Part shown: piece after piece, positions 43,626 to 57,070 of the stretch
How positions within the stretch are numbered: the stretch's first letter is position 1
How the letters are laid out: every line of letters begins with the position of its first letter
The notes under the pieces: generated by a model
Databases searched by the model: none
What the model saw: the letters and a program-made list of their open reading frames with translations, nothing else
What the model was told of the DNA's origin: nothing
Translations under genes and position numbers: made by a program
Source of the DNA: Eledone cirrhosa
Taxonomy: Eukaryota
Length of the DNA stretch: 64,000 nucleotides
Assembly: GCA_964016885.1 (NCBI GenBank)
Contig: OZ024742.1
Coordinates: 20,708,001-20,772,000, forward strand
Direction of reading: 5' to 3'

Positions 43626-46600
43626 AAAAAACAACAAAGAGCAAACCCCGTGACCAAGAAATACCGGGATGGCGGCCGGCGGGGAATAGCCGTGTCTCTA
43701 GGGGAGAACGACCCCTCTAGTCTTGGTTGACACTCGTTCTAGAAGTGGTAACACGAAATGATTACCCCTTGGCGGATAAGGATAAAACGCGACAAAATAA
43801 AGTAAATGTCTAATGATAAAATCTCATACCGGATCGGCCGTCACCCGGGTAAAAGAGGGCCGCGTCCCTCAGAGAGGAACCAGACTGGGGTTGAAAAGTC
43901 AGCTAATGGTTCAAACCTTCCCATCACTTCGGAGCTGGAGACCTCCCATAACCGGAATACTCCTACTGTTGGCCCTCCATGCTCACCACCAAGAAATCCA
44001 AAGAAAAAGAGAGAAAAATGGTCAAGGGAAGATAATAAAGAAGTCCTTGAGGCTTTCTACACTGCCATGTACTACTCATCAAATACATCGAATATAGAAC
44101 AGACATATATCAACTGGAAAAAGAAACATCCCGAAAACAGAGGTTATATTGACAGTAACAAACTAGCCAATATACGAAGAAATATTGTAAGAAAAAAGTT
44201 ACTAACTGATATAGAAATTGATCAGATCAAGCTATTAGCACAAAGTCAGCGAAGGGAAAATGAAACATGTGTCAGTGAAAACGAGGTAAACTGTAACACT
44301 TCGAATCCCAGGGTTGGGGCGGAATCACTGGCAACAGAACAAATTAAAGAAAGGATCGAAAAAGTAGAGGGAGTGCATGCTCAGGATGAAACTCCAAATG
44401 AAAATAATGAGATCGTAAATGATAAAGAAATGAATGAAAATGAACTTGCCAACTTGAAGGATGAAATTATGATCGAATGGATGCAAATGAAAGAATCTGA
44501 CATGGGGCAACGAGACACCCTCCATAAGATCCAGAACTCCAAACAGAACCAAAAGATAATACACAAGACTAACATAATTCTCAAAAACATTATCATCACA
44601 AACAAACTAAACATTACTGATTTAAATCATCTCTATTATGCATCGGCTAAAGTCAACACTCACTTATGTGGAGTTAAGATGAAAAAACAAAGGAATTCCC
44701 ACAAGAAATCTACTTGGCAAGAGAACATTAATCGCCAAATAAACCTTCTCCGATCTGACATAGACATTTTAACAAACTATAAAGTAGGTGAACATGTTAA
44801 ACAAACTAAACTTAGAAAATTGAAAAAAAAGTACAGTATAAAATCAACATGTGACATAGACATGCTGATAGAAATAATCAAGCAAAAAGTGTCGGCCAAA
44901 GCTGCTCGTATAAGGCGCTTTGAAAAACGATCTAGATTCTATAAGGACAATAATATGTTCAAAAACAACCAAAGAAACTTCTACAGAAAAATTGGTAAGT
45001 CAACAATAACTGCTAAATCAATACCACCCAAGGAGGAAGTGCAAGAATTCTGGGAAAAGATCTGGGCCGAAGAAAAAGTTCATAACATACATGCCCCATG
45101 GAGAGACAGACAAATGAAAGATACAGCTCACCTTGAGGAACAAATATGGGAAAATATAACAGTTGAACAGTTGCGCTTGGCTCTAAGAAAAACCAGCAAA
45201 TGGAAATCCCCAGGAAAAGACAAAATACAAACATTTTGGATAAATGCCTTCCCAGAGTCTCATGAGATGTTAGTCCAACTTTACAATGAAATAGTTAAGG
45301 AGCCAGAAAAGATACCATCATGGCTAGTTAACGGCATTACATTCCTGCTTCCGAAGAATGATGAGACAAACAATCCCAAAAATTACAGACCGATAACTTG
45401 CTTGACCACAATGTATAACATTTTAACATCAGTCCTAACTGAATACACATATGACCACCTGATAACAAATGACCTATTTCCCATTGAGCAGAAAGGGTGT
45501 AAACGAGGCTCATATGGCTGTAAGGATCAGCTTCTGGTTAACAAAATGATACTGGAAGATTGTCATAATAGACACAAAAATCTATCGATTGCTTGGATAG
45601 ATTATAAAAAAGCATTCGATAGATTGCCACACAGTTGGATTGAAAAGTGTTTAGAGATTTTCAAAATATCCCCCGTTGTCAGGAGGTTTTGTCATTCAGT
45701 ATGAAGACATGGAAAACGACACTCCTTTTGAATAGTGAAACAAAATCACTGTAAGCTGGAGAAGTTAATATTAATTGTGGAATTTTTCAGGGTGACTCTT
45801 TATCACCGCTTTTATTCTGCATCGCACTTATACCATTAAGTAAAATGCTCAATGAAACAAAACATGGATATAAAGTCTATGACAAAACCGTTAATCACCT
45901 GTTCTACATGGATGACCTGAAACTATTTGCAAAAAATGATGAACAATTGCGAGGGCTATTATCCACTGTGGACAGTTCAGTGATGACATTAAAATGGAGT
46001 TTGGACTAGATAAATGCGCCAAAGCAACGTTCAGCAGAGGAAAGCTGCTGAAGAGTTCAGACATTAATCTTGATCGGGGGAACGTGATAAGAGAACTTGA
46101 TCAAGAAAAAACTTACAAATATCTAGGTGTTTGTGAAGGAGACGGAATCAAGCACTCGACAATGAGGGAAAGGATAAGGAAAATTCTTAACCATGCACAG
46201 AATGCATCACCCTAAGGCAGATATAGATAGAATATATTTCCCTAGGAAAGAAGGAGGACGTGGGTTAATCCAGTTAGACATTGCGTTGAAAACTGCAATA
46301 ATTGGATTATCTATATAACTAAGGGAATCACATGATTGGATGATCAAACTCGTTTTGAAACACGAAAGCATCAAAAGATCATATTCCATTACAAAAGAGG
46401 CACAACGATACAGTAATGGACTACAAATTTCAGAAGTCCCATTTACTGCCGAAATGGAAAACACAGAAAAAGCAAAGCAGGTAAAAGTAACTGCAAAGAA
46501 AGAACTGCTACAGAAACTGGCTAAGAAATGGCAAGAAAAGCCTCTGTATGGAAAATTCCCAGAGCGAGCTAACAATCCTGATGTTGACAAAACTTTAACC

Positions 46601-47435
46601 CAACAGTGGTCGGCATCCTCTGGACTGAAATCGGAAACTGAAGGACTGATTATATCAGCACAAGATCAGTGTCTGCCAACAAAAAATTACCAAGCCAACA
46701 TAATAAAAATGGATGCAGCCCATTATGCCGTGTATGTAAAAAACAACCAGAGACCATTGACCATATAATTTCAACGTGCAGTCCTATAGCTCCAACCGAA
46801 TACCTAAACAGGCATGACAGAGCTGCACAATACATACATTGGATAATGTGTAAGCATTTTGACCTGCCACATCAAAAGAATTGGTGGGAGCATCAACCAC
46901 CTCCCATACTTGAAAAAGATCACACCTCAATCTTGTGGAACTTTAGCATCCAAACAGACCGAAAAATAGATGCAAATAGACCTGATATAATATTGAAGGA
47001 CTTTCAAAAGAGGGTATGCCTGCTAATTGATATGTCTGTTCCAATAGACACGAATGTATCTATAAAAACATTTGAAAAATTGAGCCAGTATAAGGACCTG
47101 GAGATAGAAATTGGAAAAATGTGGAAATTGAGAACTAAAACAATACCAGTGGTTGTAGGCGCTCTGGGAATGATACCTAAGGTGTCTAATGATTACATAT
47201 CGCAAATCCCAGGAAACCCGCGTATAGGAGAAATACAAAAGATAGTACTAATGGGAACTGCCCATATACTAAGGAAGATTCTGTCAATATAAGTACATCA
47301 CAAGTCTAAACACTAAAGATGCATGTGTGAGTATGTTTGTTCTTTCTTGAACATGGCGGACCTTATTGTCTCTTGAGGTCACTGGTTGTGACTTGGTGAT
47401 AACTCGTATGAACATAAAGCAAGATAAATGCAACT

Positions 47436-47437
<2 letters not shown>
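43626..47437 (+). mobile_element. Dong/R4 family A, full length, disrupted
   Basis: 5' UTR; ORF from 43806 with Myb-like KWSREDNKEV, RT ([31 protein letters not shown]), CCHC and RPD..D endonuclease; frameshifts and a ~160-bp deletion; (TAA)n tail 47438-47504. Confidence 0.95.
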
Positions 47438-47507
<70 letters not shown>

Positions 47508-48093
47508 TGAATAGTGGAAGATCGCACATGGTGGATATAGTGCTATGGGTTCGCTCCCGTAATTTTCTTTTATTTTTTACGTATTTAAAACAATTGTGAT
47601 AGAATAATTCTTATTACGAATGGAACATAAGATACCAGTTTTAACTCTCAGGAAGTGACAACGCATCACATTATGACATAGGGCTCCAATATTTAATATT
47701 TAATGTTGGATCAGAAATGTTATAGTCAACAAAGAAAATGGCTACAAACAACAGCCAAATAATTTCAGCACCAACATCGCCACCGCCGCCGCCACCATCG
47801 CCACTACCACAACAAATCTATCCAAACAAACCAACGGCTATATCAACACCATCACTATAGTACTACTACCCGATCACCACCAGTTAAGAGAGAGGGGTGG
47901 TAGTAGTCCCACTAAACATGAATAAAAGCGAGGAAGGTATCAAATGATATAAATAGACTGATATAGTGACCCGGTCAAACAGCTAACAGCAATAACAAAA
48001 ACACCAAAATCATTATTGCTGTTGTACCTCTAAACTCTCCCAAAATGTTTAGTTTAAACGATGTCAAATCTAATCTATAATATAATAATAATA

Positions 48094-48558
48094 ATTGTTT
48101 CTACGTTTTTGACGCAGGGTCAGCGATTGCCCAGTGTATTGCTGGTGCTTTGTTTTATCGACCCCATATACTATAATAATAATAATAATTGTTTCTACTT
48201 TAAGCACAAGGCCAGCAATTACCCAGTGCATTAATGGTACTTTATTTTATCGACCCCGTAAGGATGAAAGGAAAAGTCAACCTCGGCGGGATTTGAATTC
48301 AGATCGTAAAGGGACGTAACTATGCTGGAAAGCATAGCGTATCACACTCTACCGATACTGCCAATCCACCGAATAATAATTGTTTCTACTTTTGGCACAA
48401 GGCCAGCAATTACCCAGTACATTACTGGTACTTTATTTTATCGACCCCGTAAGGATGAAAGGCAAAGTTAACCTCGACGGGATTTGAACTCAGACCGTAA
48501 AGGGACGTAACTATGCTGGAAAGCATGGCGTCCGACTCTCTACCGATACTGCCAATCC
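48094..48558 (-). mobile_element. Three tandem SINE family S copies (48094-48166 partial, 48189-48370, 48380-48558) joined by (AAT)n
   Basis: Each begins aataat-tgtttctac on the plus strand and matches the consensus. Confidence 0.92.
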
Positions 48559-48809
48559 AAATAATAATGATAAGCAACAAGTCGAAACAAATTTCAAAAG
48601 CTTTGAACGCAACAATCCCTACTTCCCACGTAGCTAAAATCGAAACAGCACAGCAGCAACAACAACACTAGTAACCGATGCTACTGGCCTTGAAAAACGT
48701 AAAGGAAAAAAAAAACAGACAAAATAACTAAGTCAGACATTCAAACATTACAATGAAACTTATGTTTATTTTTTTAAGTTTTTATCTATTTATTTGTTTA
48801 TTTATTTAT

Positions 48810-51800
48810 GTTCGTCTACAACGTGATGGTGCCACGCTAAAATCACCGGGGGTGATCAAATCAGTGGGGGTGATGAAATCACCGGTGGTTATGTAACCAT
48901 ACATTCACCAATCCTCGATATGAATGTTTAAATGTCGAATTTAAACAGTTCGAATAACGGTGGAGAGGAGACTGGAACGTTATGTGACAGACTCTCACCC
49001 AGAAGGTGCTCTCTGGCCCAGCAGCAGGGACCTGGCTGTCATCCAAATACTGCTAGTGTTGGAGAAAGAAGAAGAAGGAAAGGGACAAGAACCAACTGGA
49101 CGAAAGAATTGGATAGAACTGTTATGCAATGTTAGCTGAAGATTAACCTCAAGGAAAAAGGCTATAGGAAACGGATGCATACCATCTGGAACGAGATTTC
49201 TCTATTTAAATTAGATGAACAAAATGTGGCCGGGCAGGCTCGGGTACTAAGAACTAATGGATGGATAAGCGAGCTGGAACTGGAGAAACTGAGCAGAGAG
49301 ATTAGGTTGGAAATGGAGAGTGGTGTATGCCAGGTAAATGAGCCAGTGGGAAATGAAGGTGAAGAGGTTGAGAGAACGGAGGAAGCATCCGAAGCAGACA
49401 ATGATCTGAATGCTGAAATAAATAATTGTTTCTACGTTAGGCACAAGGCCAGCAATCACCCAGTGTATTACTGTGACTTTATTTTATCGACCCCGTAAGG
49501 ATGAAAGGCAAAGTTAATCTCGCCGGGATTTGAACTCTGAATGCTGAAATAAATAATATCTGGAACAAAGATACAGCCATTGAGGAAATGAATGCTGACG
49601 GGCTAGGGCAAGATTTGGTTGATCGCCTAAACTTAGTGGTAGATGAAATGAACAATGATAGTGGGAAACCTATGAACCTAAGATGTGTAGACAAGAAAAA
49701 AGTTAAAAGAAACAACAGCTAAGGTAAACAAAGTCATCCCATGCCTTAAGGTGAGGAACCTTCACCAATGCAACAATATCCTCAAAGCAACAGCAAATGC
49801 GGTGAGGAAATTACTTGGCATAAAAACGAGAGGAAACAACAAACAAGGAAGATCAGAACCTTGGTGGAAGAAACGACTGAATGGTCCAATCAGGGAAATG
49901 AGAAATGGCATTGGAAATCTTGAGTCTCTACTGAATGGGACACTACAAAACATAGACACTAAAAATAGACTGGAAATAAAGTACAAAACTAGGAGGAAAA
50001 AGCTAAATATTATCATAGAGTAACGGAAGCAACGCATTGTAGCAAAGAGTGCAACAATTAGGCGATACGAGAGCAGAGTCAGTCAGTATAGACAGAACCG
50101 CATGTTTGGCAACAACACGAAGATGTTGTTTGGACAGCTTGAAGGGAAAGAAAGAGGCAACGACTTGATCCCTGATGCGGAACAGACTAAGACATTCTGA
50201 AGAGGAATATGGGAGCAGGATGTTGAACATAATGATCAGGCAATGTGGATTGAGACAGTACAAATGGAAATTATTGAACAAGCACACCAACAAACTGATT
50301 TCAGTATCACCGTTGAAACTCTTAAAGGGCAGGCCAAAAAACTAACCAACTGGAAATCACCAGGCCCAGATGGTGTGCAGGAGTATTGGATTAAAAATAT
50401 AACATCCCTCCACCCGAAACTGACAACATGTTCAATGACTGCTTGATGTCAGGTGAGGTGCCAGAGTGGTTGACAAAAGGTACCACAGTTCTGGTATTGA
50501 AAGACTGAATCAAGAGTAATGATGTTACCAACTATAGACCTATCCCATGTCTGTCCGTAATGTGGAAACTGTTAACAAGCATTGTGTCTGAGGAAATCTA
50601 CCATCACCTCCACATAAATAACTTGTTACCGGGCGAACAGAAAGGATGCCGAAAGAAGTCCCGTGGTACAAAGGACCAGTTACTTATTGATAAGATGGTA
50701 ATGAGGAATTGCAAGAGGAGACACACTGGTCTTGCCATGGGATGGATAGACTACAAAAAGGCATTTGACATGGTACCTCATTCTTGGATAACCAAAAGCC
50801 TAGAGATCTTCAAGGTGGCAGATAACATCAGACAGTTGTTGAGCAAAAGTATGAAGTCCTGGGAAACAGAGTTAACATCAGCTGGAGAATCCTTGGGAGG
50901 CGTGAAGATCAAGAGAGGTATCTTCCAGGGAGATAGTTTGTCCCCTCTGTTGTTTGTAATTGCCTTGATACTCCTGACTATTATAATTGGAAAAGTGAGA
51001 GCAGGATACAAGTTGGGAAAAGGAGAGCTTACCATCAATCACCTCCTCTTCATGGAGGATCTTAAACTCTTCGGGAAGAGTGAGAAGGAGTTGGATGTAC
51101 TTGTTGACACTGACCGTATTTTTAGCAATGATATATGTATGCAATTTGGTATTAGTAAGTGTGGAGTCCTCGTGATGAAGAGTGGTAAATTGAGCAGAAG
51201 CAACGGAATTCAGGTACCAACAGGTGAGATGATAAAGGAAATTGACACTGAAGAAGGATACAAATATTTAGGTGTTCTGGAGGCAGATGACAAAAACAAA
51301 AAAATGAAGGAATTTATAAGATCTGAGTACATTCGGAGAGTATTGAGCGTATTAAAATCACATCTGAATAGTAGGAATATCATAAGTGCAGTGAATTCTC
51401 GAGCTGTGTCTATTATTAGGTACAGTGCGGGAATTCTGAAATGGAATGTTGCTGAACAAAAAGAAATGGACAGGAAGACCAGGAAGCTATTGACTATCTA
51501 CATGTTCCACAAGAGGAGTGATGTCGATAGACTCTACGTAAGGAGACTGTGTTTAGATGGAGATAAACAACCTACACAAATACGTGACTGACAGTAGGGA
51601 GGGAGCCAATGCTCAGAATTGTACTGAAGGAGAGGACAAGAGACCAGGGGATGTCCAAGGAGGAAATAACAACAAGGAGGAAAAGCAACCTTCATAAAAA
51701 ATCCCTTCATAGTACCTTCATTGAGAAAACTGAATTCAGAGATCCACAGACATGGAACTAGTTGAAAAGAGGAGACCTTAAAAAGGCTACAGAACGAATG

Positions 51801-52528
51801 CTAATGGCTACGCAAGAGCAGGCCCCCAAAACGAAGTGGCTGAAACACCATATTTACAAGGCGGAGGCTAGCCCACTGTGTAGGATCTGTGGAGAGAGAG
51901 AGGAGACTGTGGCTCACATTGTATCCGAGTGTAAACACCTAGACCAGATTCACTATAAAGGCTGGAGACACGATGTGATGGGCAGGGTGATCCACTGGCA
52001 CCTATGCAAAGTAAACAATTTACCACATTCTGAGATGTGGTATGAGCATAAACCAGAGTTGGTGATAGAAAGCGATTAGGTGAAGGTGCTGTGGAATTTT
52101 AGGATACAGACGGACAAGAAACTGGAACACAATAGACCTGACCTGGTGGTTTTGGACAAGGAAAAAAGATCGTGTCTGATTGTGGATGTAGCCTGCCCAT
52201 TCGACACAAGAGTGCAAGAGAAGGAGAGGGGGAAAATTAACCGATACAAGGACTTAAAGTGGGAGGTAAAAAGGATTTGGAACTGCCATGAAATCAAGAT
52301 CGTCCCGATTGTCATAGGCGCACTAGGTACTATCTAAAAGAGTTTCCAAGGATGGTTAAAGAAAATTGGTCCCGCCTGGCTTTTTGGAACACTTCAAAGG
52401 GCATGCTTGCTGGGAACAGCAAGAACCCTCCGATACATCCTGAATATCTGAGGCTGCAGGTAGTGGCTTGATATTCATTTCAACAAACTTTCCAGTTAAA
52501 TAAAATGAATGACTGAGACTCAAAGAAC
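48810..52528 (+). mobile_element. Dong/R4 family B, full length, heavily disrupted
   Basis: ORF fragments from 48932: NWTKELD (Myb-like), [42 protein letters not shown]; (TAA)n tail. 5' boundary approximate. Confidence 0.92.
49427..49535 (-). mobile_element. SINE family S (5'-truncated) inserted in Dong B, with 22-bp TSD
   Basis: tctgaatgctgaaataaataat at 49405-49426 and 49536-49557. Confidence 0.95.
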
Positions 52529-52543
52529 AATAATAATAATAAC

Positions 52544-52581
<38 letters not shown>

Positions 52582-52587
<6 letters not shown>

Positions 52588-53848
52588 AGGAATTGTTAAG
52601 AACTGAATACATTCGGAGAGTAAGGAGCGTATTGAAGTCACATCTGAACAGCAGAAATGCCATAAGCGCAGTAAATTCCCGAGCTGTGTCTATTATTAGG
52701 TACAGTGCGGGAATTCTGAGATGGAATGTTGCTGAACAAAAAGAAATGGATAGGAAGACTAGGAAGCTATTGACTATCTACAACATGTTCCACAAGAGGA
52801 GTGATGTCGATAGACTCTACCTAAGGAGATCTGAGGGTGGAAGAGGTCTTATCAGCATAGAGGACTGTGTTCAGATGGAGAAAAACAACCTATACAAATA
52901 CGTGACCTATAGTAAGGAGCCAATGCTCAGAACTTTACTGAAGGAGGGGATAGTAGGCCAGGGGATGTCCAAGGAGGAAATAACATCAAGGAGGAAGAGC
53001 AGCCTTAAGGGAAAATCCCTTCATAGTACCTTCTTTGAGAAAACTGAATTTAGAGATCCACAGACATGGAACTGGTTGAGAAGAGGAGACCTCAAAAAGG
53101 CTACAGAAGGAATGCTAATGGCTGCGCAGGAGCAGGCCCTCAAAACGAAGTGGTTGAAGCACCATATTTACAAGGAGGAGGCTAGCCCACTGTGCATGAT
53201 CTGTGGAGAGAGAGAGGAGACTGTGGCTCACATTGTGTCCGAGTGTAAACACCTAGACCAGACCCACTATAAGGGCTGGAGACACGATGTGATGGGCAGG
53301 GTGATCCGCTGGCACCTGTGCAAAGTAAACCATTTACCACATTCTGAGAAATGGTATGAGCATAGGCCAGAGGCGGTGGTGGAGAACAATCGGGTGAAGG
53401 TGCTGTGGGATTTTAGGATACAGACGGACATAAAACTGGAACACAATAGACCTGACCTGGTGGTTGTGGACAAAGAAAAAAGATCGTGTCTGATTGTGGA
53501 TGTGGCCTGCCCTTTCGACACGAGAGTGCAAGAGAAGGAGAGGGAGAAAATTAACCGATACCTGGACCTAAAGTGGGAGGTGAAAAGGATTTGGAACTGC
53601 CATGAAGTCAAAGTGATCCCGATTGTCATAGGCGCACTGGGGACTATCTCCAAAAGTTTCCAGGGATGGTTAAAGAAAATCGGCCCCTTCACGCTTTTTG
53701 GAACGCTTCAAAAGGCATGCTTGCTTGGAACAGCAAGAACCCTCCGATACGTCCTGAATATCTGAGGCTGCAGGTAGTGGCTTGATATTCATTCCAACGG
53801 ACTTTCCAGTTAACCAACATCAATGACTGAGATTCAAGGAATAACAAC
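52582..53848 (+). mobile_element. Dong/R4 family B, 5'-truncated, open frame to the stop at 53765
   Basis: ORF 52509-53765 after its poly-Ile (TAA)n prefix: thumb, GGRGL, AAQEQAL, CCHC, RHD, RPD..D. Confidence 0.95.
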
Positions 53849-53872
<24 letters not shown>

Positions 53873-53881
<9 letters not shown>

Positions 53882-56739
53882 AACCTTCTCCGATCTGATA
53901 TAGATATTTTAACAAACTATAAAGTAGGTGAACATGTTAAACAAACTAAACTTAGAAAATTGAAAAAAAAGTACAGTATAAAATCAACATGTGACATAGA
54001 CATGCTGATAGAAATAATCAAGCAAAAAGTGTCGGCCAAAGCTGCTCGTATAAGGCGCTTTGAAACACGATCTAGATTCTATAAGAACAATAATATGTTC
54101 AAAACCAACCAAAGAAACTTCTACAGAAAAATTGGTAAGTCAACAATAACTGCTAAATCAATACCACCCAAGGAGGAAGTGCAAGAATTCTGGGAAAAGA
54201 TCTGGGCCGAAGAAAAAGTTCATAACATACATGCCCCATGGAGAGACAGACAAATGAAAGATACAGCTCACCTTGAGGAACAAATATGGGAAAATATAAC
54301 AGTTGAACAGTTGCGCTTGGCTCTAAGAAAAACCAGCAAATGGAAATCCCCAGGAAAAGACAAAATACAAAAATTTTGGATAAATGCCTTCACAGAGTCT
54401 CATGAGCTGTTAGCCCAAATTTACAATGAAATAGTTAAGGAGCCAGAAAAGATACCATCATGGCTAGTTAACGGCATTACATTCCTGCTTCCGAAGAATG
54501 ATGAGACAAACAATCCCAAAAATTACAGACCGATAACTTGCTTGACCACAATGTATAACATTTTAACATCAGTCCTAACTGAATACACATATGACCACCT
54601 GATAACAAATGACCTATTTCCCATTGAGCAGAAAGGGTGTAAACGAGGCTCATATGGCTGTAAGGATCAGCTTCTGGTTAACAAAATGATACTGGAAGAT
54701 TGTCATAATAGACACAAAAATCTATCGATTGCTTGGATAGATTATAAAATAGCATTCGATAGTTGGCCACACAGTTGGATTGAAAAATGTTTAGAGATTT
54801 TCAAAATATCCCCCGTTGTCAGGAGGTTTTTGTCATTCAGTATGAAGACATGGAAAACGACACTCCTTTTGAATAGTGAAACAAAATCACTGCAAGCTGG
54901 AGAAGTTAATATTAATTGTGGAATTTTTCAGGGTGACTCTTTATCACCGCTTTTATTCTGCATCGCACTTATACCATTAAGTAAAATGCTCAATGAAACA
55001 AAACATGGATATAAAGTCTATGACAAAACCATTAATCACCTGTTCTACATGGATGACCTGAAACTATTTGCAAAAAAATGATGAACAATTTCAAGGGCTA
55101 TTATCCACTGTGGAGCAGTTCAGTGATGACATTAAAATGGAGTTTGGACTAGATAAATGCGCCAAAGCAACGTTCAGCAGAGGAAAGCTGCTGAAGAGTT
55201 CAGACATTAATCTTGATCGGGGGAACGTGATAAGAGAACTTGATCAAGAAAAAACTTACAAATATCTAGGTGTTTGTGAAGGAGATGGAATCAAGCACTC
55301 GACAATGAGGGAAAGGATAAGGAAGGAATGTTACCGCAGAGTAAGAGAAATCTTAAGAACGGAATTGAATGCAAGGAATAGGATCGATGCCATAAACACG
55401 CTTGCCATACCAGTAGTAACCTACAGTTACAATGTCATCAACTGGTCAAGCACAGAGATCCGTAGGCTCGATACAAACATTCGAAAATTCTTAACCATGC
55501 ACAGAATGCATCACCCTAAGGCAGATATAGATAGAATATATCTCCCTAGGAAAGAAGGAGGACGTGGGTTAATCCAGTTAGACATTGCGTTGAAAACTGC
55601 AACAATTGGATTATCTACATATCTTAGGGAAAAACATGATTCGATGATCAAACTCGTTTTGAAACACGAAGGCATCAAAAGATCATATTCCATTACAAAA
55701 GACGCACAAAGATACAGTAATGGACTACAAATTTCAGAAGTCCCATTTACTGCTGAAATGGAACACACAGAAAAAGCAAAGCAGGTAAAAGTAACTGCAA
55801 AGAAAGAACTGCTACAGAAACTGGCTAAGAAATGGCAAGAAAAGCCTCTGTATGGAAAATACCCAGAGCGAGCTAACAATCCTGATGTTGACAAAACTTT
55901 AACCCATCAGTGGTTGGCATCCTCTGGACTGAAATCGGAGACTGAAGGATTGATTATATCAGCACAAGATCAGTGTCTGCCAACAAAAAATTTCCAAGCC
56001 AACATAATAAAAAATGGGTGCAGCCCATTATGCCGTGTATGCAAAAAACAACCAGAGACTATTGACCATATAATTTCAATGTGCAGTCCTATAGCTCCAA
56101 CCGAATACCTAAACAGGCATGACAGAGCTGCACAATACATACATTGGATAATGTGTAAGCATTTTGACCTGCCCCATCAAAAGAATTGGTGGGAGCATCA
56201 ACCACCTCCCATACTTGAAAAAGATCACATCTCAATCTTGTGGAACTTTAGCATCCAAACAGACCGAAAAATAGATGCAAATAGACCTGATATAATATTG
56301 AAGGACTTTCAAAAGAGGGTATGCCTGCTAATTGATATGTCTGTTCCAATAGACACGAATGTATCTATAAAAACATTTGAAAAATTGAGCCAGTATAAGG
56401 ACCTGGAGATAGAAATTGGAAAAATGTGGAAATTGAGAACTAAAACAATACCAGTGGTTGTAGGCGCTCTGGGAATGATACCTAAGGGGTCTAATGATTA
56501 CATATCGCAAATCCCAGGAAACCCGCGTATAGGAGAAATACAAAAGATAGTACTAATGGGAACTGCCCATATACTAAGGAAGATTCTGTCAATATAAGTA
56601 CATCACAAGTCTAAACACTAAAGATGCATGTGTGAATATGTATGTTCTTTCTTGAATATGGCGGACCTTATTGTCTCTTGATGTCACTGGTTGTGACTTG
56701 GTGATAACTCGTATGAACATAAAGCAAGATAAATGCAAC

Positions 56740-56740
<1 letters not shown>
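53873..56740 (+). mobile_element. Dong/R4 family A, 5'-truncated, single frameshift in an A-run at ~55072
   Basis: ORFs 53960-55081 and 55068-56597 are nearly identical to 44737-47437; (TAA)n tail 56741-56793. Confidence 0.96.
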
Positions 56741-56795
<55 letters not shown>

Positions 56796-57070
56796 TTTCC
56801 TTTATTGGCCACAAGGGCCGACATATAGGGGACAATACAAAATACTGGGACAGTGGGGTTTTACAGAAAAATCGAATAAACAATATGAATAACAATAACA
56901 AAGTAACAATAACAAAGTAACAATAAAGTAACAAGAAAATTACAAGAAAAAATTCCCCAATAGGGGGGATGACCACCTAAGGTTCGCTCAGGTACTCCAC
57001 CAGTCCTGAACGACCCGACGCTTCGTGAGCACCCTGGAATGGCACCCCTCTCCTCTTCAAATTCACCTAC

